NCBI GenBank assembly: GCA_964016885.1
Contig: OZ024745.1
Coordinates: 41,106,001-41,170,000, forward strand
DNA length: 64,000 nucleotides
Reading direction: 5' to 3'
From: Eledone cirrhosa
Lineage: Eukaryota
Positions 27,410 through 42,724 of this stretch are shown in pieces; the first letter of the stretch is position 1, and every line of letters begins with the position of its first letter. Below the pieces are notes generated by a model. The model worked only from the letters and a program-made list of their open reading frames with translations, was not told where the DNA came from and did not search any database. The translations under genes were made by a program, and so were the position numbers.

Positions 27410-30400
27410 ATAATATATAAATGTCTTTATTAGCCACAAGGGCACAAAAGAAGGGGACGAATGCAAATGGGGGTTTACATATAGGTATATGAAAATAAAA
27501 CTATTAATAAAATAACAAATAACAATTGAAATCCCCAATAGGGGGGAGGCATTACACAGGGGTTGTACACACCCCGAAAAAATGTACAACCCTCATCCCC
27601 AGGAGCACCAAGAGTGAGTACTCCCCTCCTCTCTTCCTCTTTTTCCTCAACCTACAGGATTATATAGAGATAAAGCCCAACCACTCGGGCCATCTTTGCC
27701 ACATTCACCCACCTTATATAAAATTTGCTGATTCTTCTTCCAAAATGATATTTGAAAAAACGATTCAGTTGTTCGCCAGAGAGAAAGGTGTCTGACCTCA
27801 GCCCTTTTAACCTCGTCCACCATATAACCTCTTTCACCATAGCCATAACACATAGGAAAAGCGCCTCTCCTTCGCTTTTGAAGGAGGGTGGCGGTTTGAT
27901 CATTACAATGGACTCGGTGGTCGACTGGATTGGTCCCACCCGCGACAAAAGTCGTTCTACATAGCCCCACAGGTCGGCAACTCCCGGGAAGTGTACAAAT
28001 GCGTGCGCGACGGTTTCCTCGTCGCGCACGCATCTCGGACAGATCTTTTTCGAAAGGTCCCTGCCCAGTTGCCCGTGTCTGTAGAGCTTGTCTCGAACTG
28101 GTAGAGCTCCTAGGTAGCACTGGCAGGCCAGGGACTTTTGGAAGTTGTCCATTGGTCCCGGGCGGAAGATCCTACCGAACAGACTGGCCAGTCCGTTCTC
28201 CTCTACGCCTAGAGTTTCTCCGACCAACGTTCTATAGAATGCCGAAGAGGATTCTCCACAGATCGCTGGGTCCGTTTGCCAGAGGACTGTGAGCGCCTGA
28301 GCACATTCGATGTACCAGTTGCCCAATTTCCTCGGTCTTTGCTTGACCCAGGACTGCAACTCGGTCAGCGAGACGAGTCGTGGGAAGGCTCACCTCACGA
28401 ACGGAGCCCACACCGGTTGTGCGGTGAGGAATATGTGGAGGTGCCGCAGCCTGAGCGCGTGTTTACGCATCGTCAGCCACGGCCTCCCCAGCCTCCGTTT
28501 GAAGGATGTTGGCAGCAGATGGATCTTCTCACCAAAGAAGCCCATTTCTTCGAAAGGAATTGGAAGAGCGCGCGCTCCATTTTGGTGAGCGTTTTGGCTG
28601 GACAAGGCACGACGGTCAAGCCGTAGTAGATGATGGATCCTATAAAAGTATTCGCTACCCCCGCTTGACTTTTCAAGGATAGTTTGCACTCGGCCCACTT
28701 CTGGGTGAGCGCAAACACCTTGGCCGTCACCTCGTTCCAGTTCTTCTCCACCTGGAGGTCCGGACCAAACCAGACCCCGAGCCGCTTTACCGGTCCTTCC
28801 GTCCAGCATCCGACGACGCCATCTGAAGGCATCGGTTTGCCTCTCCACGTTCCGAGTTGCAAACCGACGGATTTTTCCCAGTTCAGCTTCGCCCCTGTGA
28901 ACCTTTTGTATTCCTTCAGTAAGGTGCCGACCTCCCCGATTTGCGAGGTGCTCGACACCATTACTGTCACGTCGTCGGCGTAGGCCGATGCCGCTTTTCG
29001 CAGTACCGGTTCCAAAGGGATGTGCTGCAATAGCTCCAACTTCCGCAGCAGTGGCTCGAGAGTCAGTACGTACAGAAGAGAGGAGAGAGGGCATCCCTGT
29101 CGGATGGATCGCGTGATATGTATCGGACTCGAGAGGTAGCCGTTCCCCTTGACCCTTGAGCAGCGGTTATTGCTGTGCATTTCAACAATCCAGCCGCTGA
29201 ACGCGGGTCTGAAGCCAGCCGCCTCGAGCACCGCATCCAGGTAACGATGATCAACCCTATCGAAAGCCTTAGACTGATCCAAGTTGATCAGGGTCCCACC
29301 GAAGCCGCGTTTACACCCTACCCTCTCTATTATGTATCGCATGAAGTGGAGGTTGTCGTGTATGGACCTGGTCGGGATTGCGCATGTCTGCGCTTCTCCT
29401 TCCAGGTTTTTGACGACAAGCGCCAGCCTCTTTGCCAACACCTTGGCCAAAATCTGTAACTCTGTGTTTAGCAGAGTTATGGGCCGGAGGTTGCCTATGT
29501 CATCCATTTTATTCTCGACTTCCTAACTAACGTGACTACGCCCTTGGTTCACAGAACTGGGAATTCTCCCGTTCTGCTGCCATTTGCAGTAGACCGCTTC
29601 CAGGAAACCGGAGAACAAGTCCGGCATTGCTACGTAAAATTTGTAGAGTAGACCGTTGAGACCTGGAGATTTGCGTTTGCCGCTTTGGCTCAGCGCGTCC
29701 CCTATCTCGGCAGCCGAAATCGCCCTTTCGCAGAACTTCGCCTTGCTGTTCGAGAGTCGCGGCAGGCCGTCGAGTTATGGACCGAAATCCATAGCCCCTC
29801 CCAGCGCGCCGCCCTGCCCGAACAGTTGAGCAAAGTGTCGATGAAAGGCCGCGTACATGTGCATCGGCTCACGTATCACCGTCTTAGTCTGTCTTGGTCC
29901 TTCAAAGAGCGAATCGTGGATTTGTTGCCACTTTTCGCCTCCGTCACTCGGGCCCAGCTAACAGCTTTGGCTCCCTTGTTTCCCAGAGCACGTATTTTGC
30001 TCATGACAACGCAGCCTACATGCTTTGCGTCGAAGAACTAGTCCAAGGCCATTCTCGTCGCTAGTACGCTGGCTACGTTGCCACTCCTAAGTGCCTCTTC
30101 TACTTTATCTACCAGTTCCTTTTCGGTCTTATTTTTATCTAACACTAATTCTTTACTAAAACCTATCGAGTGTAATCTAACTGCCCTCTTGAGAGAGTAC
30201 CACCATCTGTTGTTGACAATGGCCCCCGTCAAGTGCTGCTTAACTAAAGTGCTAATCCGTCTACTGTAGGCTTTTTTTATGTCGGTAACCCCATGTTCAG
30301 CTTCCAGTAGCCGGGTCCCTGTCTATGGGTTCTGTCAAGGTTGAGTAAGCAGGTCACTAGTTTGTGATCTGAATAGGCAACCATGAACATTTGTGCACAG

Positions 30401-31140
30401 CTTAACATGTCCTTATCACTAACTCTAACTAGAAACATATCTAGATACGATCTAGTTGTTCCGCTATGGTTGGTCCACGTCCACAGTGGCACAGTCAGAA
30501 AATCTAGTCGATATCTATCGGCCAGTTGAAATCGGCCGATTAACTGTTTGAGGCTGTTAAACCCCCCTCTATCGGGACATGCTCCCACATAGTCCCAACG
30601 TGCATCTAGGATTCCATTCCAGTCCCCCACTAAAAGCAGGGAGCAGGATGTTACCAGAAAAGTCTCTAGACGTTTGAAGAAGTCTGGCCGCGGTGTCCCT
30701 GATGGAGCATATGCGGCCACCAGCCTGAAGGCTCCGCCTTCACTAACGTCAACGTCTAGGACCACCAGTCGACCCTCCGGCTCCAGATGTACCGTCTGTG
30801 TTACGAGGTCCAGGTGTTTCCGCAGCAAAACGGCAACCCCACCCCCACCTCTCGGCTGACAGAGAGATGCGTAGATCTCAAAGTCGTCGAAGATGGGGGC
30901 CAGTTGTCGCTCGCTGTGGATTCTGGACTCGCAAATGGCTACTACATCCATACTGTGCGACCTGAGGTCGTTTAAGTGTTTGCCCTGTTTCCAGGGCATC
31001 ACCAGGCCGCGTACATTCACAGATCCAACTCTTATATTGGCCATGTTGGTGCTGAAAAGTTAAAAGAAGAGGAAAAGAAATGACTCACCTCTTCGTCTCC
31101 TGGGGACCAGGCTTCACAGTTTTTAGCACCCACGATTTCA
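27410..31140 (-). mobile_element. Tx1/L1-like LINE, ORF2 nearly complete but frameshifted, ORF1 missing
   Basis: APE endonuclease (GSVNVRGL, VGDWNG, SYLD, SDHKLV, GPGYWKLN); RT (LRPITLLN, DQSKAFDRVDH, IRQGCPLS, AYADDV); C-terminal CPRC..ETVAHAF; AATAAA near the 3' end. Confidence 0.92.
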
Positions 31141-33705
31141 TAACTTATTCCTAAAAACTATGGCATTATTTTTTATTCATTATACGATTTATCTAAACGG
31201 AGTATATTCCAGTTTAGATTATAATTTATACTTTTTATATTATTTAATATTTCTTCCGTGTTTGATTTCGTTATTCTTATTATATTTGCAACAAGAGTAA
31301 GTATGTTTGTCATATGTCTACTTCTGAAAGGATTAGCAGTTCAGTCAATGTAAATTACAGATATATTGTTTGTATGTACCATTCTTTGATACGGGATTAA
31401 CGCGGCTGCAATTAATTGTAGTAGAGTTGGAAAAAGATTGGGTATGTTTAGGATGGTTGCTTTATACTCAATTTTTAGCAGAATTGAATGAGATTATTCA
31501 TGATATTTGAAGTAGTTTTAGTGAAATATCTCATAATACTTATCTGGTGCGGGACAATTTCTTAAATAAAATAGGAAATAATTTTACCCCATCACATCTG
31601 CAGTTAAGTTGAAAGTGTATCGCGCTAAACTCATATTTACAGATATTAATTCGTTCTCTCTCGGTTTGTATTTTCTCTATACTTCATTTTAGAATGTACT
31701 GTTTTCATGATATTTCACGATTGGTTAGAATGTCTGTGTATGTAGTTTAGTGACTCCTTCGGTATTCGGTAAGTGGGATATATAATTATGTATCTTCAAG
31801 TCAAAGTTGACGCTTGTGGGATATTCCCCAACAATAATGCGTTTTGGCATTCAAATTTAGATTAGATAAATCATAATATCGCCCACATCAGATGAGTCAG
31901 GTTTATTTTTCATGCATACAAAGTTGTTTATTTTCTAGTAAAATTTACCTTAGCATATTTTATACAATGCTCACAGAATTTATGGTACATACAAAAGTAA
32001 ACAATCGTTTTCCTCCTCTGCAATAGAAATCAAAATATATTTTTCACTTCCCTTAATTCATATACCTCTAAATCTAGAATCTCTAGTAACAATTGCCATA
32101 TTACCACTATTGTATTATATTTAATTGAACGCTTCAAGGTTTAAATATATTTATTCAATGATAAATAATCAAAAACATGGAAATGTATCATTAATTTTCT
32201 AATATTACCTCCAGTCAATTCACGTGAAAACTTCGTTCCTGTAATACTTCTTAACGTTAGAGCTATGCACCCTTCTTACACCGCATCCTTCTTAAACAAC
32301 ATTATTCCTCTCAGTCATTTGAATTTTTTCAGCTGCTATGATATGTTAGATTTCAATTTCCTTTTAAATTAAAAATAATAATGGTTTTTAATTTACGTGT
32401 AAGGTCGCAAATTTGTGTAAGAGAAACTTTGATTAAATCGCCCTCAGAATTTAACTATCCCTTCATTTGATCGACCGAAGAAGGATAAAATTTTATCCCG
32501 CTGGAATTTGAACTAGTAAGTATGGGGTTGAAACAGGAATTGCAAAGTTCTTTATTCAACGCTCTGATGATTCTGACAATATACCGGTTTGGATAACGAG
32601 AAATAATAGCTTTGATTTACATAAACCTGAACGCAGAATGGCCGATTGATTAAGAGGTTTGCTCCATAATTGTTAGGCCACGGTTTCGATCCCACTGTGC
32701 AGTGTTTGAACAATCATCCTTTAACAGAGTCCTGTGTTGCTCCATGACATGTGCGTGGATTTGGATGAATGGAAACTGTTTAGAAGCTCGTTGTAAGGTC
32801 TACACCTGTAATAGAGAGGACCAGCCGTGTCACAAACTGTCGCATGCTATACCTCCCAGAGAATTGCGTTACCGTTTCCCGTGCCTGTGGAATGCCAAGC
32901 CAGTTACACACTAATTTAATTAGTATTAAAGGGGGTTGAATAAGATCTGAATCCCCAAGAACCGCTTTATTATTGGCGTCTGCCGAGAATCCTCATATCT
33001 ATAACGCATAGTTTCCAAGGACATGTAGAGAAATCCAGTGGCATTATTATCAGATTCAATGATGTCGAGCCCCCAACGCACTGAAACATAGTTGTACCTT
33101 AACCCTAGATGTCATTTCCCTCTACACTTGTGTGCCTGATCAACAAGCCATCAATATAATAACTGATTACACCATTTCTTCCAAATGCTACTGATTCAGC
33201 CTTATGTTTTCTAGCTTCCACCAATGTATGACCGTTCCGGTAAAGACCTCGTATTTTGCTTTTAATTAACGTCACACACATTTAGATATAGGGTCTATGG
33301 ATATTGTGAAGTCTAACGTGTTTACAATTCATTACTTATGTTAGTGGTTCTCAGAGATGCATGTCATATTTCTCCTCTTGCAAACGCTGGTTTCAATTGT
33401 CGTCTAGTAATATTTTACTAAAGCGGTGAATTGGCATGATTGTTACAAAGTGGGATAGAATGGTTTGCAATATCCATTCCATTCTCTGATTTCAAATCTT
33501 CCCCAGGTCAACTTTGCCTTTCATCCTTCCGATGTTAAAGAAAAAACTACGATTCCTCATTGTACTTTACTTTTATTACTCTAGATAGGTAGTCAGCAGC
33601 ATAATGTTTAGGATTTCGAGTAAAATTATCAATTAAATCTATGCGGTGGAATTGACTGTTTAAAACGTGCAAGATAGGTAAATATTATAAGCATCTAAAT
33701 GTGCA

Positions 33706-33784
33706 AACCCTAACCCTAACCTTAATCCTAACCCTAACCCTAACGCTAATCCTAACCCTAACCCTAACCCTAACACCTAACCCT
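33706..33784 (-). repeat. Interstitial telomere-like (TTAGGG)n tract
   Basis: About 13 partly degenerate CCCTAA units. Confidence 0.85.
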
Positions 33785-33899
33785 TTTCATTTATTTCTTA
33801 GAATCCAACTGTGGTTATATTTACTCTCTATAAATTTTATTTCATTTATTGAATGGTTATATTTATTTTGTATTTTATTATTCTGATATATATAGTTAC

Positions 33900-35380
33900 C
33901 TTTTAATGATTATCTATGTATTATTACACTATTAATCGTTATTTATTAATCCATATTTTATATTTTATATATGTTTTTGGAGCTGATCAAAAAAATTTAC
34001 GGACAATGTAAACAAAAGGAAGATAACTCATTTACAATGTAAAAGCATTTTTTAACTTATAGGGAAACTCTTCTCTCACGTTCAGCGATATTTTAAGAAC
34101 CTTAAACTATCTATTGTATATAACCTAATTGATGTCTAATTACATATTGAACTATCCTAATCAAATCCTGGTATAAAAAAGACTCTCAATGAGGTTATTC
34201 TATTACATATAAATATCTATAAATTAATACTTCAATTAGACAAAATTTACATATATTTAAGTTGTTATTTGTCCTTATGTTTTAGGAACTGGTACATCGC
34301 CTGGAAGGTTTTAGCAATTTTATGATGACAACTACTAAATAATTCATTTTTCTTGTTGATTAAATTGTCATAGTTTGTGTTTATGTGAAAAATCTCTTCA
34401 TTGCAAAGATAGCAAAATTCTGTGATTGATGATTTCCGATAGGGCGTAGCATTCGTAATTTCCTCCAAGAGATTGAGTATTTAATGTTATTGTCTTTTAA
34501 AGACCATACTAATTGTGAAAGTGAAGTTGAAAATCTGTTATCCGGTCTATTAAAAGTATGTCTGTGATTATATACCAACGTTCCTTAAATTTACATGAAG
34601 TGGCACCTATGTAGTTATAAATATTATCACTTGCCTTAATGGTACATTTACATACTAGATTTTTATCAAGGCAATTGTTTTGTAAAGGCCATTCAGTTAC
34701 ATTTATTCTCAGTTTTATTTACAGACATTATACTATTCTCATTGCTATTTAAAGGCGTTCTACTATTATTATTTTTATTCCTATTAACTAATATATTATT
34801 ATTATTATTATTGCTTATTAGAGGTTGGTTTGATCTTAGATTCTTATTATTTATTTTTGCTATATTTTGAGCAATATCCATAGTAGTTGAGTAAGAGAGT
34901 TTAACTATGTGTCTATTGGAGTTATGGTAATATTTATGAGATCTAGGGAAGCATTTATCCAAAGCTTTGAAAAATAATTGTGCTACAGGTGTCTTAATAG
35001 CTAAGGATGCCGGTGGTGCATACCAAATTATAGATCTAGTTCTTATTTTTTTCGATTTATTCATCCGGTTGTTGTTTTTATATTCATTTTTATTATATTA
35101 TTATGATTATAATTAATTTTATTTTGATGGATTTCAGTATTTTGATCTATATACTCATTGTTATTGTTATATCCAGCTTTATGTAGCGCTTCATTATAAT
35201 ATATAGCCTTACTATTAAATATGGATCTATTAGCAGAGAACGTGGATATTCGATGCTGTACACTATTGCATTCTGAACACATTTAGGATGATTAGAATAA
35301 AAACTAATATAATTTAAGTTCTCATTGACTTCGTGGAAAGGGTAATACAGGCATGAGTTCAGATTTAGTGTCACATCCAA
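33900..35380 (-). mobile_element. Decayed Naiad-like PLE (thumb, linker, GIY-YIG)
   Basis: LDVTLNL..YYPFH..YISFYSNHPK; IIWYAPP; VKLSYST; FSTSLSQLVWSLK; CYLCNEE..LINKKNELFSSCHH; homologous to 17587-18078. Confidence 0.85.
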
Positions 35381-35399
35381 AACAAACAAAAAACAAAAA

Positions 35400-36799
<1,400 letters not shown>

Positions 36800-36973
36800 T
36801 GGTATGTATATTCTATTTGATAGTTTGTATAATTTTGTATAATTTTGTACATAGATCTTTTGAATATGCATGCCAATTCTAACACATATATGTCCTAGAA
36901 ACGATCGTTAAATAATGAACTTTTTTTGTTTAATATAAGGAACTGTTTCATTGTTTTATTCATTATTTTTTAA

Positions 36974-37010
<37 letters not shown>

Positions 37011-37331
37011 AAAAGACAACAAGGACGACTGGTTACTCCTTCATTACATTTATTGGTTGGTGACGCGCGTTTCGCCACTGATCAGCTCAACGTTTGATCT
37101 GTATCGATCTTACCCGACTCTGTAATCCGCAGCTCGACGGACCCCTTTAAAATAATGTAATGAAGGAGTAACCAATCGTCCTTGTTATCTTTTCAATATA
37201 ATACATTCTGTATAGCTCTACACCTCGACACAGAAGTGAACCTAAACATCGAGTGCTCATCCAAGTTACACTCCCTAGATATATATATATATATATTTAG
37301 TTATGTAATAAACAACATAAGATAATTATTT

Positions 37332-37388
37332 CATTTACCAGCGGTTTCTTGAAGGCAGATGTTGTGTCTGTCTTCAGTCGTCAGAATG
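37332..37388 (-). ncRNA. Hammerhead ribozyme, same family as 21034
   Basis: Minus strand: CATT-CTGACGA-C-TGAAGACAGA..TCTGCCTTCA-A-GAAA-CCGCTGG-TA-AATG. Confidence 0.75.
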
Positions 37389-37947
37389 TACCTGTACCTT
37401 TCCGACGGAAATATTTCATATATATATATACTATACATACATTCTTATATATATATATATATATGTGTGTATATATATATATATATATACTTATATATAG
37501 TGTGTATACATTTATATATGTGTCGTATAAATAAACACTTGTGATACTAAAATACTTTTATTGTATTATTCATATAAAATTACAAAACTTACTCTTGCAG
37601 TATAAGTAGTATTCCGAAATAGATACTTTAACTTTGATATTAGGTATTCTATTGTTACACTAATATCCTTCTTCCGAAGACCTGTCTGAAGACTTTGACG
37701 TCAAAGTTAGTGAGAGATTGTAAAGTCGGTAAAGTCGTAACGTTTCTGCTAAAAAACAATACCTTCAAAACACGCGTAGATAGATTTTAACATGAATTCA
37801 ACTACGCACTATTATGGGTTTGATCTTTTTATCGAAATTCAAAGCTATGTTGATGTTTATATTTATAATCTAATTTTCCATTTACTTCTCCACATTCTAC
37901 GTATTCTATATATTACTAATCAATTATTGTTATTAATAGACTAATTG

Positions 37948-38542
37948 GGGCGGCGGAGTGGCTGTATCGGTAGAACGCCTGACACCATGCTTCGTGGCAT
38001 TGATTTATGGTCCTTTACGTTCTGAGTTCAAATCCCAACGAGATTAGTTTTGCGTTTCATTCTTACGGGCTCGATAAATAAAGCACCAGTAATGCACTGG
38101 GGTCGATTTAATTGGCTTCCCCCTACCCTGGTGCCTATAGTAGAAACAATTATTAATAGAACGTCAGATAGAATACTTTGTGTTATTCATTCTGACTCTC
38201 TGTTCTCTGAGTTCAAATCCAGCCGAGGTCAACTTTGCCTATCATCCATTCGATATCGATACAATAAAGTACCAGTAATACACTGAGGTCCATTTAATAG
38301 CCTTTCCCTTCCTCCAACATTGTTGATCAGAAACCATTATTATTATTCGTAAGGGCGGTGGATTGGAAGTATCTGTAGAGGGTCGGACACCATGCTTTGC
38401 AGCAAAGAGTTACGGCCCTTTATGGTCTGAGTTCAAAACCCGCCGAGGTTAACATTACCTTTCATCCTTACAGGGTCGATAAAAAAAGTACCAGTAATAC
38501 ATTGAAAAACTGCTGGCCTTGTGCGAAAAGTAGAAACAATTA
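37948..38542 (+). mobile_element. Three tandem SINE copies of different divergence
   Basis: B box + core near 38022, 38207 and 38427. Confidence 0.8.
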
Positions 38543-38545
38543 TGT

Positions 38546-38576
<31 letters not shown>

Positions 38577-38578
38577 GT

Positions 38579-38631
<53 letters not shown>

Positions 38632-38903
38632 ATGTTACTACTACTACTACTACTACTACTGTTACTACTACTAGTATTACTACTATTGTTACTACTACTA
38701 CTACTACTATTACTGTTACTACTACTACAACTACTACTACTGTTACTACTACTAGTACTACTACTACAACTACTACTTCCACCACTACTACTACACTAAT
38801 ACTACTACTACTATTGTTACTACTACTAGTACTACTACTACTGTTACTACTACAACAACTACTACTAATGTTACTACTACTACTACTGTTACTACTAGTA
38901 GTG

Positions 38904-38940
<37 letters not shown>

Positions 38941-38941
38941 A
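38543..38941. repeat. (ACT)n microsatellite
   Basis: About 400 bp of imperfect ACT repeats directly after a SINE tail. Confidence 0.95.
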
Positions 38942-39207
38942 ACGTTTCCACTTTAATTTTGTGTGTCATCGCCTGTTTCTTCCTATTTTCCCTCTTCTTC
39001 ATCTACTTTAATTCTACTACATTACTTGTTTCTACTTTAGGCACAAGGCCAGCAATTACCCAGTGCATTGACTACATTACTGTTTCTATTTCATCTACCC
39101 AATTTTATACCTTCCTTTCTTTTCTGACTACTTTTGTCTGTCTTTATATTTCCTTGTTCTTCCATCTTAATCTACTTCACACAGAATATACAAAATCTTA
39201 CAGAAAA

Positions 39208-39393
39208 TAATTGTTTCTACTCTTGGCACAAGGCCAGCAAATTACGCAGTGTATTACTGGTACTTTATTTTATCGGCCCCATAAGGATGAAAGCCAAAGT
39301 TAACCTCGGCGGGATTTGAACTCAGAATGGCAAGGGCCGTAACTCTATGCGTCAAAGCATGGCGTCCGACCCTCTACCGATACTGCCAATCCA
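39208..39393 (-). mobile_element. tRNA-derived SINE
   Basis: Nearly identical to 7473-7660. Confidence 0.85.
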
Positions 39394-39482
39394 GAAAATA
39401 ATGTTAGTTACGAAGACATACATACGAACACACACATCCACACACACGCACACATTTACAAGCACACACGCACACTGCTAAT

Positions 39483-39613
<131 letters not shown>

Positions 39614-39614
39614 A

Positions 39615-40564
39615 TGTATAATAAACAATATATATATATATATAATGTATAATAAACATTACTAGAGGGTTCCCGAATAAGACGAATACGAAAAACGTCC
39701 TCATTCGTTCATCGGACAAGGCAATTTAAAACATAGTGAAATATTTGAAAAATCTCTTCAAGAAAGGCAAGAGTTTAACGGGCAAACAAATATATAAATA
39801 AAAGTAATGCAAGAGATATATAAAAAAAATAAGGAAATATAGTTAGGCTATGTGTATATGTATGTATATACACTCACGAATGTACATATGTGTGTATGTA
39901 CAAATGCATGTGTATGGTGAAAATGTGTGCGTAAGTACATATATGAGGGCAAGTATATTTGTGTATATGTGACCACAAATACGTATACAGAACCTTAACA
40001 TCACCAAAAAACCTGCCTAAACATAAAAACAGAAATGTTCACCAGTTGCCCACACATGAAATCACACTTGCTTTCCAGCTAATATAAACTTAACTCACTT
40101 TCAGATACTTATCCTCCATAAACTCTTGTTCTTCACTTTCCTTAAATTATCCTCTTTACAGACTTCTCTTTCTGATTTACTTTCATTTTTAACTTTATTT
40201 TTAACTTTATTTTTATTTTTACTTCACATCCACCAGTGAACCCCCCCCCCCCTACTTTTTGATTCACTTACCTAATATCTTCACATTCCACATTTTACTT
40301 CCCCATTTTCTTTCACTACCTGATATCATTGTCACTTGCGTTTTCCCCTTCAGATATATTCTGTTGTTTCGCAGCCGATTTTATATTTGTACTCATTTAT
40401 TAATACGGCTGGTTTATAATTTGTATCTATGCGTGTGAGTGTGCATATGTGTGTATACGTTCTGTATATTTATACGAACGCCTCCGTATGTGTGCGTGCG
40501 TACGTATATATATGTGTGTGTATGTGTGTTTTTATATCTATGTTTTTTACATACTTATTTATAC

Positions 40565-40600
<36 letters not shown>

Positions 40601-41754
40601 GTATATATGTGTATATGTATACGTATGTAATGGTGTCTATGTATATATGTATATATATATATAGTCGCGTACGTACGTGTGATTAGATATACATGTGACG
40701 ATATATATATATATATATATATAGGAACCAGTAAGACCCCGACAGCTGAGCTCAAGCCGTTTCGACGGCTAATTCGTCCAGAATTAGCCGTCGAAACGGC
40801 TTGAGCTCAGCTGTCGGGGTCTTACTGGTTCCTATTACCCACTCTACTACCTCAAGTATTGAGTACTTTGGTGCGTTATGGTCCACCTGGTTCCTTACCA
40901 CATTTCCTTCGTTATATATATATATATATATACGTGCCTCGTGTGTATGTATGTACGCATGCATGCGCTTTTGTCTGTACGTATTTATATGTATATGTAT
41001 TTATATATATATGTGTGTGTACGTGCGTACCTATGTTTGTTTTCTTTTTTCTAGTGTTAATTGATAACCCCTACCTCTGACTTTGTCTTTGATTTAAAAC
41101 ATTTTTTTCATTCTCATATATTGTTTCATTTTTATACATTTTTCGAGAATGAAACTTCTTTTTACTATTTCACTCCCTTCCCTCTTTATCTCCCGCATAT
41201 AAGTGACCGTCGTGTGTGTGTGTTTATACGCGTGCTTTCATACTCGTATGTGTATTTAATACCTGTATCTGGATGCGTGTTAACTATATTATCTTACAAT
41301 TTCTTTTTCAACTCATATTATATACGTATTTGTGGTCACATATACACAAATATACTTGCCCTCATATATGTACTTACGCATACATTGTCACCATACACAT
41401 GCATTTGTACATACACACATATGTACATTTGTGAGTGTATATACCTACATATACACATATCCTAACTATATTTCCTTATGTTTTTATATATCTCTTGCAT
41501 TACTTTTATTTATATATTTTTTTGCCCGTTAAACTCTTGCCTTTCTTGAGGAGATTTTTTTAATATTTCACTGTTTTAAATTGCCTTGTCCGATGAACGA
41601 ATGAGGACGTTTTTCGTATTCGTCTAATTCGGGAAACCTCTGGTAATGAGATAATTATATTGTATTGTTTATTATACATTAAATTTAGCTCTGGTACTTA
41701 CATAGAGCACTCTTCACTCCTATGACTTTTTCAATTTTCAACGGAAACTTCAAT

Positions 41755-41755
<1 letters not shown>
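39615..41755 (+). mobile_element. Extreme 3' end of a Naiad-like PLE with an inverted pLTR at the 5' end
   Basis: About 39645-39987 is the reverse complement of about 41320-41680. 40014-40082 encodes CLNIKTEMFTSCPHMKSHLLSS*, the GIY-YIG C-terminal LN..E...C.H motif. Confidence 0.78.
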
Positions 41756-41791
<36 letters not shown>

Positions 41792-42545
41792 ATTGGTATG
41801 GTAACCTTCTAATCTCTTTCAGTTTATAAGTCACCCATCTCTATTCGCCAGCACTTAAACATCATCTTCAAAAACATACATGTAGATATGAGGTTTAGAA
41901 ACCTAAATAAATAGATATTTTGCAAGCAAATAGATAGTGAAATAAGTGAATTATAGAACGATAGATTTTGCAGCTTCTTAACTTGCAATTCTGTAACTAT
42001 AATTTGTGTACAATCACAACTTTAATTAAATTTCCTCGAAGAAAGAAATGTTGTGTAGTCAATTTGTATAAGATATAAACCTTCTCGTTAAGAATACATA
42101 GCCTCACGGCTCGAACATGTTCAGTGATAGCATAGAACATGTAGCAATCATTTCAAGCAACTTCCATGAACGCCGTTTCAAAAGGTGATATGAAGGAAGT
42201 TGCTGTCGTGTTGGAGTTTTTAGAATTGACTGTAACGTTACCACTTTTGTGAAATTCTAAGGGCTTTCAAAAATGTTTGATTCCCGATATAATAACTCGG
42301 TACTTTTTGTGGTTATGGTGGATCCTAAGAAGATGTTATCCGACCAGATCGATACAGATCGAACCTTGAGCAGAGCAGTAGCGAAACCCGCGTCATCAAC
42401 CAATAAACGTAATGAAGGAGTAACTATTCGTCCTTGTATTGTTATATTACACTCTGTCTAGCTCTACATCCCGATACAGACGTGAACCAAAACATCGAGT
42501 GTTCACCCGGGTGAACCTACAGCCACTCCGCGTTACACTCCCTGG

Positions 42546-42605
<60 letters not shown>

Positions 42606-42690
42606 TATATTTTATATAATCAAGCGTTAACCTAATATATCCCTTCCATATACTGTGCCGATTTTGTTGTTATTTCTGTTTACCTTTTAC

Positions 42691-42724
<34 letters not shown>

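Noticed and set aside
27752-30975. Plus-strand ORFs over the Tx1-like LINE
   Set aside because: Antisense shadows of GC-rich ORF2.
33671-33686. 16-bp exact match (AAGATAGGTAAATATT) to the array unit
   Set aside because: Does not extend on either side; plausible by chance in AT-rich DNA.
34690-34702. TGA at the CNC motif as selenocysteine
   Set aside because: Alignment with about 17865-17895 shows the TGA is created by a 14-bp deletion.
38397-39011. 204-aa Thr/Leu-rich mucin-like ORF
   Set aside because: SINE sequence followed by an (ACT)n microsatellite.
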